This document shows positions 39,931 to 49,996 of a stretch of 64,000 bases of DNA, piece by piece. Each line of letters opens with the position of its first letter. Within the stretch, counting starts at the first letter, position 1. The translations under genes and the position numbers were made by a program. The notes below the pieces were generated by a model. It made no database searches. It had not been told where the DNA came from and saw only the letters and a program-made list of their open reading frames with translations. The stretch lies in the NCBI GenBank assembly GCA_965238275.1, contig OZ250186.1, forward strand, positions 768,001 through 832,000, in the 5' to 3' direction. The stretch is from Nitrosopumilus sp. GTDB lineage: Archaea > Thermoproteota > Nitrososphaeria > Nitrososphaerales > Nitrosopumilaceae.

Positions 39931-41272
39931 CCTGAGGGAGTACATCTCCAGGATACGAGACAGCGGGGATCTGCTGACTGTAAAATCTCAGGCATCTCCG
40001 GTCTTTGAGATTGCCGGGATCACGGCAAAGTCCGACGGATCCCATGCTCTGATGTTTGAGGATGTGGAGGGGAGCGACTTTCGGCTTGCCGCCAACCTTG
40101 TAGGGACCAGAAGCAGGTTTGCAGCCGCAGTCGGGGCACCTGAGGACGGCATCCACAAGAGGATAATCTCGGCAATCAACCAGACAAGGCGGCCGGAGAC
40201 TGTTCCGTCTGGCAGATTCATGGAGAACAGAACTAGGGACGCCTCATGCCTGCCTGTTGTCACCCACTTTGAAAAGGAGTCAGGCCCGTTCATCACCTCG
40301 TCTATGGCATATGTCAAGAATCCTGATACCGGTATGCAGAACTCCTCATTCCACCGGATGATGCCCATTGATGATACGCATTTCTCAATAAGGATGGTGG
40401 AGGGACGTCACCTGCACAGATGTTTTGTGGATGCAGTAGAGCACGGGGAGGATCTGAAGACAGCAATTACGGTGGGCGTCCATCCCGCAGTCTCGATTGC
40501 AGGGGCATACCAGGAGGAGTGGGGCTCAGACGAGATCGACATTGCAAACTCCCTGCTTGACGGCCGACTTGCCCTGGCAAAGCTTCCGATTACCGGCCTG
40601 GCGGTCCCGTCAGGAGCCGAGATTGTGATGGAGGGAAGAATCCTTGGAGACAGAACGCATGAGGAATGGATGGTTGAGATGCTTCAGACATACGATCACA
40701 AGAGACACCAGCCGGTCTTTGAAGTAGACTGCCTGTACTATAGGAACAATCCCATATTCCATGACATTCTGTCAGGGTATTCTGAGCACAGACTGCTGAT
40801 GGGAATGCCGATCGAGTCAAAATTGAACAGGGACATTAAGGAGGCGTTTCCGCAGACCCGCAGGGTATCGCTGACCGGCGGGGGCTGCAACTGGCTGCAC
40901 GCAGTGGTGCAGATTGAAAAGAGGCAAGAGTCGGATCCCCTGGAGATAATCGACAAGACGTTTGCATCCCACCGCTCCCTCAAGCAGGTGGTGGTAGTCG
41001 ATCCTGACATTGATCCGGATGATGCCGGATCAGTCGAGTATGCCATGGCCACGCGGTTCCAGGCCGACAGGGATCTTGTAATTCTGAGAAACGTAAGGGG
41101 TTCGAGTCTGGATCCATCCAGTGATCAGGCCAGCCTGCAGACTGCAAAGATGGGCATCGATGCGACCCGGTCGCTTGCAAAACGCCAGGAGGGGTTTGAA
41201 GTGGCAAGGATTCCTGGAATCGACGGGATCAGTCTTGATGGGTATGATGGCCTGACGGATCGTACCGCTTAA
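39923..41272 (+). CDS. UbiD family prFMN-dependent decarboxylase
   Basis: LP...HFE...GPFIT, EIVMEG, VVVVD.DID....VE.A.ATRFQ, SSLDPS, KMGIDAT. Confidence 0.92.
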   Translation: MTDLREYISRIRDSGDLLTVKSQASPVFEIAGITAKSDGSHALMFEDVEGSDFRLAANLVGTRSRFAAAVGAPEDGIHKRIISAINQTRRPETVPSGRFMENRTRDASCLPVVTHFEKESGPFITSSMAYVKNPDTGMQNSSFHRMMPIDDTHFSIRMVEGRHLHRCFVDAVEHGEDLKTAITVGVHPAVSIAGAYQEEWGSDEIDIANSLLDGRLALAKLPITGLAVPSGAEIVMEGRILGDRTHEEWMVEMLQTYDHKRHQPVFEVDCLYYRNNPIFHDILSGYSEHRLLMGMPIESKLNRDIKEAFPQTRRVSLTGGGCNWLHAVVQIEKRQESDPLEIIDKTFASHRSLKQVVVVDPDIDPDDAGSVEYAMATRFQADRDLVILRNVRGSSLDPSSDQASLQTAKMGIDATRSLAKRQEGFEVARIPGIDGISLDGYDGLTDRTA

Positions 41273-41297
41273 ATCCGCTGGCCTGAAATTTTATACA

Positions 41298-41816
41298 ATG
41301 TCTGCAGGATACCGGCCGGATCAGAGAACCTCTTCTGAGTCACGCGCCGAGGTGATAGTTCGGATGTTTCCATCAGATGCCAACCCTGCAGGCAACGTCT
41401 TTGGCGGCCAGATACTCAAGCACATTGATATGGTGGCAGGGATAGTTGCCCAGAGGCACTCCCGGTCCAACGCCGTCACAGTGTCAATGGACAGCGTCAG
41501 CTTTCTCAAACCGGTTCTTGTCGGAAACGTCCTTACACTGAGTGCCCGGATAAACTACGTCCATAATTCGTCAATGGAGATCGAAGTCAGGACCGAGGCT
41601 GAGGACATAATTACCGGGATCAGCACGGTCACCGGTACGGCATTTGTGACGTTTGTGGCACTTGACGAGAATGGAAAACCCACGCCCGTCCCCGGGCTGA
41701 TCCTCAGTACAGACGAGGACAGGATCAAGTTTGAGGAAGGACGGCTCAGGATGGAAAAACGACTGCAGGCCAGACACTCGGGCCGGGCCACGTCCACCGG
41801 AACAAACCTGCCATAG
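41298..41816 (+). CDS. Acyl-CoA thioesterase (hotdog fold)
   Basis: P.DANP.GNVFGG.ILK.ID, TFVALDE.GKP. Confidence 0.93.
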   Translation: MSAGYRPDQRTSSESRAEVIVRMFPSDANPAGNVFGGQILKHIDMVAGIVAQRHSRSNAVTVSMDSVSFLKPVLVGNVLTLSARINYVHNSSMEIEVRTEAEDIITGISTVTGTAFVTFVALDENGKPTPVPGLILSTDEDRIKFEEGRLRMEKRLQARHSGRATSTGTNLP

Positions 41817-41836
41817 ATTGGTTTAAGAGAGGCAGC

Positions 41837-42253
41837 ATGTTACACCAGTTAATGTCCGGACAAGACAACAATGCACAATGGGATTCATTGTGGCAGGAGT
41901 ACTCAAAGTCACTTGAAAACTGGAAGACGCTCTTTGAGCAGATGCAGAAGGCAAGCGCCGAGATGCAGTCCAAGTTCAACGAGGTCTGGGAGAAGGCTAC
42001 TGCCGAATCCAGCAACGACACCCTCAAGTCGTTTGGAGAAAACTGGCAGAGGGCCATGACTGAGACCAACATGAGGGCCTTTGAGGGATGGCAGAAGGGC
42101 CTTGGCGATACAGGCAAGTCTTCGTTTGCACAATTTGCCGACAGCTGGCAGAAATCCCTCGGCACGTCGGGACTGGATCAGATGAACGCCTACGGGGAGA
42201 TGATGATGAAGTTTGCCGATACTTGGAATTCGATGTGGCCCCAACCAGGCTAG
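41837..42253 (+). CDS. W/Q/E-rich amphipathic helical protein (phasin/PhaE-like)
   Basis: Periodic W..W helices; next to an acyl-CoA thioesterase. Confidence 0.55.
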   Translation: MLHQLMSGQDNNAQWDSLWQEYSKSLENWKTLFEQMQKASAEMQSKFNEVWEKATAESSNDTLKSFGENWQRAMTETNMRAFEGWQKGLGDTGKSSFAQFADSWQKSLGTSGLDQMNAYGEMMMKFADTWNSMWPQPG

Positions 42254-42574
42254 CATGAATTGAGAGAAAAACTGTTATTTTTTTGCACCTGCACGGCCTT
42301 GGAGATAATGACTGCCGTCGGGGTTGCCGGGTACCTGCTGTACCTTGGGGAGCACATACTGGCACTAATTTCAACTGTGGTGTTTGGCAAGCTGATCGTG
42401 TTTCATGCCGACAGCTGGCAGAAATCCCTCGGCACGTCGGGACTGGATCAGATGAACGCCTACGGGGAGATGATGATGAAGTTTGCCGATACTTGGAATT
42501 CGATGTGGCCCCAACCAGGCTAGCATGAATTGAGAGAAAAACTGTTATTTTTTTGCACCTGCACGGCCTTGGAG
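42136..42574. repeat. 169-bp perfect direct repeat (42136-42304 and 42406-42574)
   Basis: Identical sequence at an offset of 270 bp. Confidence 0.95.
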
Positions 42575-42642
42575 TGACTGCATGGAATACTTTGACAGGA
42601 GGTCTGCTGCGACCCTGGCAACCGAAAAAGGCGGTTCATGTA

Positions 42643-43897
42643 TACCAGCAATGAAAAATTCATATCAAAATCGCTCATAAATTTTTGATGCAACAGCCGT
42701 CTCTGGAAATTACGAGGTGCGTTGAATTCCCAAATGACGAGAAAAGACGCCCCGAACATTAGACATTGCATGCTCTGGTGCGCCGTGCATGGCACACGCT
42801 AGGCGGCGTGGATCCGGTGCGGTTTGATGTCGTTCTAGATGGCCCTGTACAGAAAGTTTTCAACGACCAGATTCGGTTTTTTGTACCTCGTGTACCTGGT
42901 GATCGCCTCGCGGAGCATGCTCAGGCTGGTGTACGGCACGTCAAGCACTGCCCGCTTGAGATCCCTCCAGTACGTCTCTATGGCGCTCAGGTCCGGGGTC
43001 GCAGTTGGCAGGAAGACTATCTCCAGGCCGTCTGTGCCATCAAGCAGTTTGCGTATGTTTGATGCCCTGTGCTGGGAGGCCTTGTCCATGATCAGGCAGA
43101 TCTTCTTGAACCTGTACATCGCCTGCCTTAGAAAGTCCTCAAAGGTGTCCTTGGTAAACGCATCGTACTGCCGGAACATGCCCCTGCCGTCCGTGGTGAT
43201 TAGTCCATGGATTATCGTCTTGGAGTGTGAGCCGGTGTACGTGAAAAACGCCCGTATTCCCTTCCTGGTGTAGCCGCGTCTTCGCGGCCGCGCATCGGAG
43301 ATTACTATGGACTCGTCCTGTATCGCTACGACTGTTCCTTCACTGTTCTTTTTTTTATAAGCTCTGGCATCTCTTTTTGGAATTTCCTGATCTCCTCGTC
43401 AGGTGCCCTTCTTGCATGTTTTCCTACGGGAACCTTCTGGGAATAGCCCCACCCGCGCAGTATCTGGCGCACATATCCGAGTTCGTACCTTACTCCGGTC
43501 TTCTGTTGGATGTATTGCTGCATCTCCATGCCCGTCCAGACAGGTTTCCTGCATGCGGCCTTTCTGATCTTCTTCATGTCTGCCTTGCTCGCCTTGGTCG
43601 GCCTGCCGGAACGCGGCATGTTTCCCAGCCTGTCAAATCCGACTTCCAGGTAGCGCTCGTGCCACTTGTAGCCCCACGAGGCTGACTTTCCCAGGGATTT
43701 TGCAGAATCCCTCATGGTTATCCCGTCACGTTTGACTCTGATGATCAGCATCATGCGGTCCTTGGTATCGCAGTCTGTCTCAGCGGCGTATCTTTTCAAC
43801 ATCGTCTTGATCTTCATTGACTATGCTACGTGAAATAAGCATAATTTCACATGGAGTTAAAATATTTTACAATCACATCAATTTTTCATCTTTGGTA
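42643..43897 (-). mobile_element. IS630-family element
   Basis: TIRs TACCAGCAATGAAAAATT vs TACCAAAGATGAAAAATT; TA duplication within target CATG-TA-CATG. Confidence 0.9.
42835..43817 (-). CDS. IS630 transposase in two ORFs joined by a -1 frameshift at A8G (43348-43356)
   Basis: ORF A HTH with RSGRP; the -1 frame continues KNSEGTVVAIQDES…MDKA..H…P..PDLSAIE..W. Confidence 0.88.
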
Positions 43898-44010
43898 TAC
43901 ATGTTCAGGCCGCCTCCAAAACTAGGAATGATTACTTGCATGATTCATGTCTATATGGATTCCAGCCCTGCGAACATACATGTTCCTTCCGTATAGGGAA
44001 ATGTCTGCCC

Positions 44011-44400
44011 TTAGGCACTGCTGGGCATGTCCGGTTTCTGGACTGCATACCTTGACTGCCTCTTGAGGTTGGTTGCCAGCTCCTTGAAGATCTCATTCAC
44101 ACTGACATCAACCAGATTGATTGTGGCGTTCTCCTTTACGATCTGTTTTTCAAACTTTTCCTTTATTGCAAATGAGACAGACGACCAGTGCAGGATTCCC
44201 TTCAACTGTTCATCGATCGTTGCGTTCGTGGTGGGAAAGTTTGCCGACGAAAAGACGATTCCGTTTGTCCACTGCATTGTCGGGATTCCGCCTCCGGATG
44301 TACGCGTACTGAATGCTATCTGTTTTACCCAGTCGTCGAACTTGTATTCTATTACCTCGTGAATGATAAGCTTCTTCCACGGCTCAATGGATATGTCCAT
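44011..44400 (-). CDS. Conserved archaeal hypothetical protein
   Basis: EPWKKL.IHEVIEY, W.NG.VF pattern; clean ORF. Confidence 0.7.
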   Translation of the reverse strand: MDISIEPWKKLIIHEVIEYKFDDWVKQIAFSTRTSGGGIPTMQWTNGIVFSSANFPTTNATIDEQLKGILHWSSVSFAIKEKFEKQIVKENATINLVDVSVNEIFKELATNLKRQSRYAVQKPDMPSSA

Positions 44401-44576
44401 CCATCTTACTTGGTTTATGCACGTTATAACCTTGTTTACCCGAACACCTGCACGCACTACAGTCCGGCGCCGTACAATGCCGGACATGGCGTGCACGATT
44501 TCACCAATCCTGGCATGACCCGGAGATGTTCTATCCGTCGTGTTTATTTACCGGTTGCTATCCATTATTTTTTGAA

Positions 44577-44906
44577 ATGGAGAAATGGGCAGACTATCTG
44601 ATCTCTCAGGTCCAGTACGATGCTGATCACCTGATCTCCTTTGTCATGTGTCATGAGGACGTAGGCCAGACGCTTACTGACGGGGCACTTGTCGATAGAA
44701 TGACGCTGTCCTCTGAACTCAAGAAGAACCGCAGGTACGCCACCGTATATGACTGGGGAAAGTCCTGGAAGGTTGGACACCGGATCCGGTTGCACAAGGT
44801 TGGCGGCTTACCATACATACGAATCGATGACAACCAGGTCAATCTGGACCACTTGGGGGATCTGCCGGAAGTATCTGCACCCATGTTGGAAAACTCCTCA
44901 GAGTAG
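44577..44906 (+). CDS. DUF3892-like protein
   Basis: WADYLIS.V.Y...YIR.D.N....D.LG.LPE. Confidence 0.75.
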   Translation: MEKWADYLISQVQYDADHLISFVMCHEDVGQTLTDGALVDRMTLSSELKKNRRYATVYDWGKSWKVGHRIRLHKVGGLPYIRIDDNQVNLDHLGDLPEVSAPMLENSSE

Positions 44907-45027
44907 ATCCATCCACGACTGATTTTCACTGTAGATTCATGATGAACACACGCGAATATGCTGCCGGCAGACTATCCCCGGCATTTCTGACTGCCGAACC
45001 AGGATGCATGTGAGATGCACGTTCGGG

Positions 45028-45870
45028 TTAGCACATTACCCATGCCTGGTTGAATTTCTTTATGGCTTCCTGATACGCCGTTATCGAGTCGTTGCCTGAC
45101 GTCTTGAGGAATTTTTCCCACTGTTCGTTGAATTTGTTTATCGTCTTGATGTTGGTATTCACAAAGATGTTCTCAATCATGCTTGTCTGCTGCCTTATGT
45201 ATGTCGGACCGATTACTTCCCATGTATTCTGCCAGCTTGCACTGACCCTCTTTAACGCCTCTGCATCCGTCTCCAATGCCCTCTGGCAGGCGGTACGGTA
45301 AGTAACTAGGGTTTTATTTGTAGTGTCATACCACCATGCAAGAGCATCCTTCCAGTTGTCCAGAGCATGATTGTACTCTTCCCACGCCTCCTCAAACTCG
45401 GTTCTGACCTCCTCTTTTATTCTGGCCGGCTTCCCTGCAGGCTTCTGACTAGTTGCAGGCTTTACCTTGGCAGGCTTCTGACTAGTTGCAGGCTTTACCT
45501 TGGCAGGCTTCTGACTAGTTGCAGGCTTTACCTTGGCAGGCTTCTGACTAGTTGCAGGCTTTACCTTGGCAGCTTCCCTGATGGTCTTCTGTGGTGCACT
45601 GGCCGGCTTCCCTGCAGGCTTCTGACTAGTTGCAGGCTTTACCTTGGCAGCTTCCCTGATAGCCTTCTGTGGTGCACTGGCCGGCTTCTGACTAGTTGCA
45701 GGCTTTACCTTGGCAGCTTCCCTGATGGTCTTCTGTGGTGCACTGGCAGCTTCCCTGATGGGTTTCTGTGTGCCTGAGGATTCTGCCTTGCTGCTGCTGC
45801 TGCTGCTGCTGCTGACTGTAGCATTCCTCCTGGATTCAACTGTAAAACTCCTCTTCTTCTTCCTAGCCAT
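45028..45870 (-). CDS. Protein with K/A/P-rich histone-H1-like repeats and a C-terminal amphipathic (phasin-like) domain
   Basis: AKVKPATSQKP repeats (33 bp, about 45421-45760); W-periodic helical C-terminus resembling 41837-42253. Confidence 0.65.
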   Translation of the reverse strand: MARKKKRSFTVESRRNATVSSSSSSSSKAESSGTQKPIREAASAPQKTIREAAKVKPATSQKPASAPQKAIREAAKVKPATSQKPAGKPASAPQKTIREAAKVKPATSQKPAKVKPATSQKPAKVKPATSQKPAKVKPATSQKPAGKPARIKEEVRTEFEEAWEEYNHALDNWKDALAWWYDTTNKTLVTYRTACQRALETDAEALKRVSASWQNTWEVIGPTYIRQQTSMIENIFVNTNIKTINKFNEQWEKFLKTSGNDSITAYQEAIKKFNQAWVMC

Positions 45871-45884
45871 GCAAAACCCCAAAT

Positions 45885-46076
45885 TCAGTCATTGTTAAAC
45901 CTTTCAATTGTATTCTCATGGCGCCTATCTGATGCCCTTATAAAATTCGATGCATGCTTGACATCCTTGTCCATGAACAACGCATAGTGTTTTTTGCACA
46001 GGTTTCTCTTCTCCCTGAACCCAATCCCCACTGTTTTGACTGCCTTGGACTTGCACTCTGATATGCTGCATTGCAA
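45885..46076 (-). CDS. Small Cys/His zinc-binding protein
   Basis: QCSISEC...A...NLCKKHY. Confidence 0.6.
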   Translation of the reverse strand: MQCSISECKSKAVKTVGIGFREKRNLCKKHYALFMDKDVKHASNFIRASDRRHENTIERFNND

Positions 46077-46200
46077 TATGACAGATCGCGCAGATTCACT
46101 AATAAAACTTTGAAACCGTCCCCATACCGGTCCCGAAGGACATTTCAAATGAAACCCCGCTTATCCATTATCCTGTCTGCAAGACCGGTCCGCCTGTTCC

Positions 46201-47130
46201 CTACAGCGCAGAGTCTACCATCAGCGCGATAAACAGCACTGCCAGATACGGGCTGGAAAACTTGAACAGGGTCCATGAGGCCCTCTCCATGGGCTTTGCG
46301 ATCACCCATGCTGACAGGATTATCATCAGTCCGCCTGACGCTATGGCAGTCCAGAGGTATACGCTACCCACCATCGCCTCACCGTCCCCCGTGGTTATGA
46401 AGAACGGGGCAATCGAGAACAGCACCATCACCACAGTAGAGCCTGCAATAGCCCTTGCCGATGTCTTCTCAGACTGCACTGCAGTCAGCATCGGGACGTT
46501 GACCTTGTTGTAGTCCTCCTTGAAGTGCAGCGTAAGGGCCCATATGTGCATCGGAATCCAGATGAATACCAGTCCTGCCATTGCCAGCCCCATCGTCCAC
46601 AAATCCGACGTTGTTACTGCCACCCATCCTATCATGGGAGGCGATCCGCCGCACAGTCCACCCAGAATGATGTTGGTTCTGGAGTTTCGCTTCAGGACGT
46701 ACGAGTAGACAAGTACGTTGTTTAGCAGTCCAAATGCAATGAATGCAGCAGCCCAGGCACCCTGTTCTACGGTTGTGGTAAGCGATATTGCAAGGGCCAA
46801 AACCATGGATATTGCAGCTAGCGCGAGTCCGAAGTTTCTTGCCTTGACTGCCGGATAGATTCTCTTTGAGGGCAGCGGCCTCTTCTTTGTTCTCTCCATG
46901 ATTGCATCAATGTCCCTGTCGTGATAGTTTGTCAGGGTGTTTGCCGCCGCCGATCCGGCAGCCACAGAAAAGAGCATCAGCGCCCATGTGGCAGGAGATA
47001 TTTCAATCTGGTATATGTTGGATGCAGTAAGGGCCGCACCAAATGCGGTAAACACCAGCAGGTACCATATCTTGGGCTTTGTGAGTTCATAGTATACTGC
47101 GATCCTTGATTCTGTTCTTTGCCTCTGCAA
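46201..47130 (-). CDS. cyoE: Protoheme IX farnesyltransferase (heme O synthase)
   Basis: LTKP, DRDIDAIMERT..RPLP, W.P.H.W.L, DY....VPML. Confidence 0.95.
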   Translation of the reverse strand: MQRQRTESRIAVYYELTKPKIWYLLVFTAFGAALTASNIYQIEISPATWALMLFSVAAGSAAANTLTNYHDRDIDAIMERTKKRPLPSKRIYPAVKARNFGLALAAISMVLALAISLTTTVEQGAWAAAFIAFGLLNNVLVYSYVLKRNSRTNIILGGLCGGSPPMIGWVAVTTSDLWTMGLAMAGLVFIWIPMHIWALTLHFKEDYNKVNVPMLTAVQSEKTSARAIAGSTVVMVLFSIAPFFITTGDGEAMVGSVYLWTAIASGGLMIILSAWVIAKPMERASWTLFKFSSPYLAVLFIALMVDSAL

Positions 47131-47132
47131 CG

Positions 47133-47600
47133 CTAATCCCTTCTGCTTGAGGGCATATATGGCATTACCTTTCCGTGCGCCTTCATCTCAATGAACGACT
47201 CTGAGGACCGGATCCCCTCTATCCTGCCGACTCCCTCTGAGACTCTCTTGTGCATCTGTTCCAGTGATGTGGAATACATGGTTACCAGTATGTCAAACCT
47301 CCCTGTCACCTCTGCTATCTCCCTGACCCCGTCAATCTTGAACAGCTCCTCGATTATGTGATCCCGCATCTTTGTATCAATGTTTATTCCGACCAGGGCC
47401 TTTACGCCGTATCCAAGCTCCTGATCATTTACCACTATTGTAAACCTCTCTATCAGCTTCTTTCTGACCATTCTCTTGATTCTCGAGTACACCACTGATG
47501 CGTTGACGTTGATCTTTTTTGACAGGCGCGGAATCGACATCGAGGCGTCATTGGAGAGTTCAGAGAGAATGAGAAGATCCAAATCATCTATCCTTGCCAT
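47133..47600 (-). CDS. Lrp/AsnC family regulator
   Basis: IDDLD..IL..L..DA HTH; VTGRFD. Confidence 0.92.
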   Translation of the reverse strand: MARIDDLDLLILSELSNDASMSIPRLSKKINVNASVVYSRIKRMVRKKLIERFTIVVNDQELGYGVKALVGINIDTKMRDHIIEELFKIDGVREIAEVTGRFDILVTMYSTSLEQMHKRVSEGVGRIEGIRSSESFIEMKAHGKVMPYMPSSRRD

Positions 47601-47657
47601 CCAAAACACCAGCTCTAGTATACGTTTACAGTTCTTATAAAGCTATTATTGCAAAAA

Positions 47658-48749
47658 TTACAATAAAACCGATTTAATCTTACCTTTCTTGTAGAGCATC
47701 TCTGCAAGCAGAACCGCGCCCTTTGCAGAACCCATCTTTTTGTTGTGTGAGAACAGCATGTACTTGATGCCGTGCTCAAAGAGCTCCTCCTTTTCGACAC
47801 GCCCTATGGTGGTTGTCATGCCGCCACCTACGGTCCTTTCCATTCTTGGCTGGGGCCTGGTGGGATCCTCGTGAAACGCATAGTAGTCCTTTGGCGCCGA
47901 AGGCAGGCCTGCCACCGTAATGGTCTGGTTGCAGGAATCGTACATCTCCTTTGCCATGCCAGGATCTATGTCCTCGCGCGTCTCCACAAAGACGGATTCG
48001 GTATGGCCGTCAATTACTGGAACCCTTGTGCATCTGCAGCTTATCCTGATGTCGGCGTCCTCTATCCTGCCGTCTGCAAGACTTCCAAGAATCTTTCTAG
48101 TCTCGGTCTTTACCTTCTCCTCCTCCTTGGGTATGAACGGCAGTATGTTGTCTGTGATGCCCATTGCAGATACGCCGGTCTTTCCGCCGCCGGAGATTGC
48201 CTGCATTGAGGTCATCAGGACCTTCTTTACGCCATACTTGTCCAGAAGCGGCTTGAGCGTGATTGCAAGACCCGTCGTGGTACAGTTGGGCAGCGGTGCC
48301 ACCCAGCCCTTCCAGTTGCGGTTCTTCTTTTGCGCCTCAAGCAGCTCGGCATGCTCGTCGTTCACGCCGGGAATGAGAATCGGAACGTCGTCTTCGTACC
48401 TGTATGCAGAACTAGTCGAGATTACAGGCAAATGCTCTGCCATGGCAGTCTCTATGTCCCTTGCAGCCACGGATTCGACTGCAGAGAAGACCAGATCCAG
48501 CTGGGATGTGTCAAGCTCTTGAATCCGCCTGACCTTCATGGACTTGATGTACTTGGGGATCTCCCCGCCAACATCCCATGCTATGATTCCGCTCGAATCC
48601 CTTATGGCATCCAGATAGTTCTTGCCAGCCGATCGCTCGGATGCTGCAATCTGGGTCACCTCGAACCACGGATGGCCATCCAGCGACTGGACAAACTCCT
48701 GCCCGACGGCTCCGGTAACACCGATGATTGCCGTCTTGATCTTTTGCAT
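47658..48749 (-). CDS. asd: Aspartate-semialdehyde dehydrogenase (archaeal type)
   Basis: GVTGAVGQ, PNCTT, QAISG, RVPVIDGH, RPQPR, SHN. Confidence 0.92.
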   Translation of the reverse strand: MQKIKTAIIGVTGAVGQEFVQSLDGHPWFEVTQIAASERSAGKNYLDAIRDSSGIIAWDVGGEIPKYIKSMKVRRIQELDTSQLDLVFSAVESVAARDIETAMAEHLPVISTSSAYRYEDDVPILIPGVNDEHAELLEAQKKNRNWKGWVAPLPNCTTTGLAITLKPLLDKYGVKKVLMTSMQAISGGGKTGVSAMGITDNILPFIPKEEEKVKTETRKILGSLADGRIEDADIRISCRCTRVPVIDGHTESVFVETREDIDPGMAKEMYDSCNQTITVAGLPSAPKDYYAFHEDPTRPQPRMERTVGGGMTTTIGRVEKEELFEHGIKYMLFSHNKKMGSAKGAVLLAEMLYKKGKIKSVLL

Positions 48750-48916
48750 GTTCCGGGTTGGTTCTGTTCAATTAATAATCGTTTTCTGTTGTCTCAAACC
48801 ATCCGGGTGGCGGTTCATGTTCGGCCTGCAGATTCAAGCGAACAGCACCATCCTTTGCAGACTGCAGACTCCGTAATTACCAAAACATACTATATCAGCA
48901 GGCACCATCCAAAACC

Positions 48917-49996
48917 ATGAATGTGGATCCCCGGCCTTCCATTCTCGGATACACCCCTGCCCTGCACGGCGGCAGATACTCCATAGAGGGAACCGATCAC
49001 ACCACGATAGATTTTAGCTCAAATATCACCCCCCTGGGGACTCCGCAGTCAGTCAGGGCAGCCATCAAAAGGAACATCGACAGCATAGCAGAGTATCCTG
49101 ATCCGGGCTCGTCTGCCCTGCTGTCTGATCTTGAGGGGTATACCGGCCTGCCTGCAGCCAACCTGGTTGCAGGAAACGGGGCAGTCGAGATAATCCACAA
49201 CTTTTGCCATGCGTTCCTCTCGAGGAAGATGCGCGTCCTGATGCCTGTTCCAACATTCTCAGAGTACGAGGCCGCATCACTCCTGTACAATGCCCGCCCC
49301 TCCTACTTTGAGACCATGAACCTCTCTGACTCCATGGATGGTTTCCTTGCCCGTATTCCCGATGGCGGATGCGTCTTTTTGTGCAACCCAAACAATCCCA
49401 CAGGGGAACTGCTCTCAAAAAACGACGTACTGTCAGTGGCAAGGCGTGCACAGGAGGCATCCTCTGTGGTGCTGGTGGACGAGTGCTTTATCGAGATGGT
49501 CGGGTCTGACGAATCCGTCATGGGGCACGTCCAAAGACATGAAAACCTGATGGTACTACGCTCCCTGACAAAATCCTTTGGCATGCCTGGGATCCGAATC
49601 GGGTATGCTGCTGCCCCCGTAGGGATGGCCAAAACCCTGCGGCGTCTCCAGGTACCGTGGAGCGTCAACTCGCTTGCACAGGCTGCCGCGCGTGCAGCGC
49701 TTGCAGACACGTCGCACCTGGCCAGGTCCAGGAAGATCATCCAAAGGGAGTCCAGATACCTGAGGCAGAGGATATCAAAAATCAGGGATCTTGAGTGTCT
49801 TGAGTCGTCTGCAAACTTTATCCTGATCAGAACTGCACGCGACTCCCGTGTGCTGCAAAAGATGCTGCTTGCCCGGGGGATTCTGGTACGCGACTGCAGC
49901 AGCTTCCGGGGGATGGGCTCCCACCACATACGGATCGCCGTGCGATCCCACGCAGACAACCAGAAGCTGGTCGGTGCGCTGGAGGCAGTATCATGA
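48917..49996 (+). CDS. cobD: Threonine-phosphate decarboxylase (PLP aminotransferase class I/II)
   Basis: HGG, DFSSN..PLG, CNPNNPTG, RSLTKSFG.PG.R.GY; first gene of the cob cluster. Confidence 0.85.
   Translation: MNVDPRPSILGYTPALHGGRYSIEGTDHTTIDFSSNITPLGTPQSVRAAIKRNIDSIAEYPDPGSSALLSDLEGYTGLPAANLVAGNGAVEIIHNFCHAFLSRKMRVLMPVPTFSEYEAASLLYNARPSYFETMNLSDSMDGFLARIPDGGCVFLCNPNNPTGELLSKNDVLSVARRAQEASSVVLVDECFIEMVGSDESVMGHVQRHENLMVLRSLTKSFGMPGIRIGYAAAPVGMAKTLRRLQVPWSVNSLAQAAARAALADTSHLARSRKIIQRESRYLRQRISKIRDLECLESSANFILIRTARDSRVLQKMLLARGILVRDCSSFRGMGSHHIRIAVRSHADNQKLVGALEAVS

Noticed and set aside
45421-45760. Possible CRISPR-like or regulatory repeat array
   Set aside because: In-frame coding repeats of the K/A/P-rich protein.
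48760-48776. GGTTCTGTTCAA resembling the IS6-like TIR
   Set aside because: Short match in the asd promoter region with no partner repeat or TSD.
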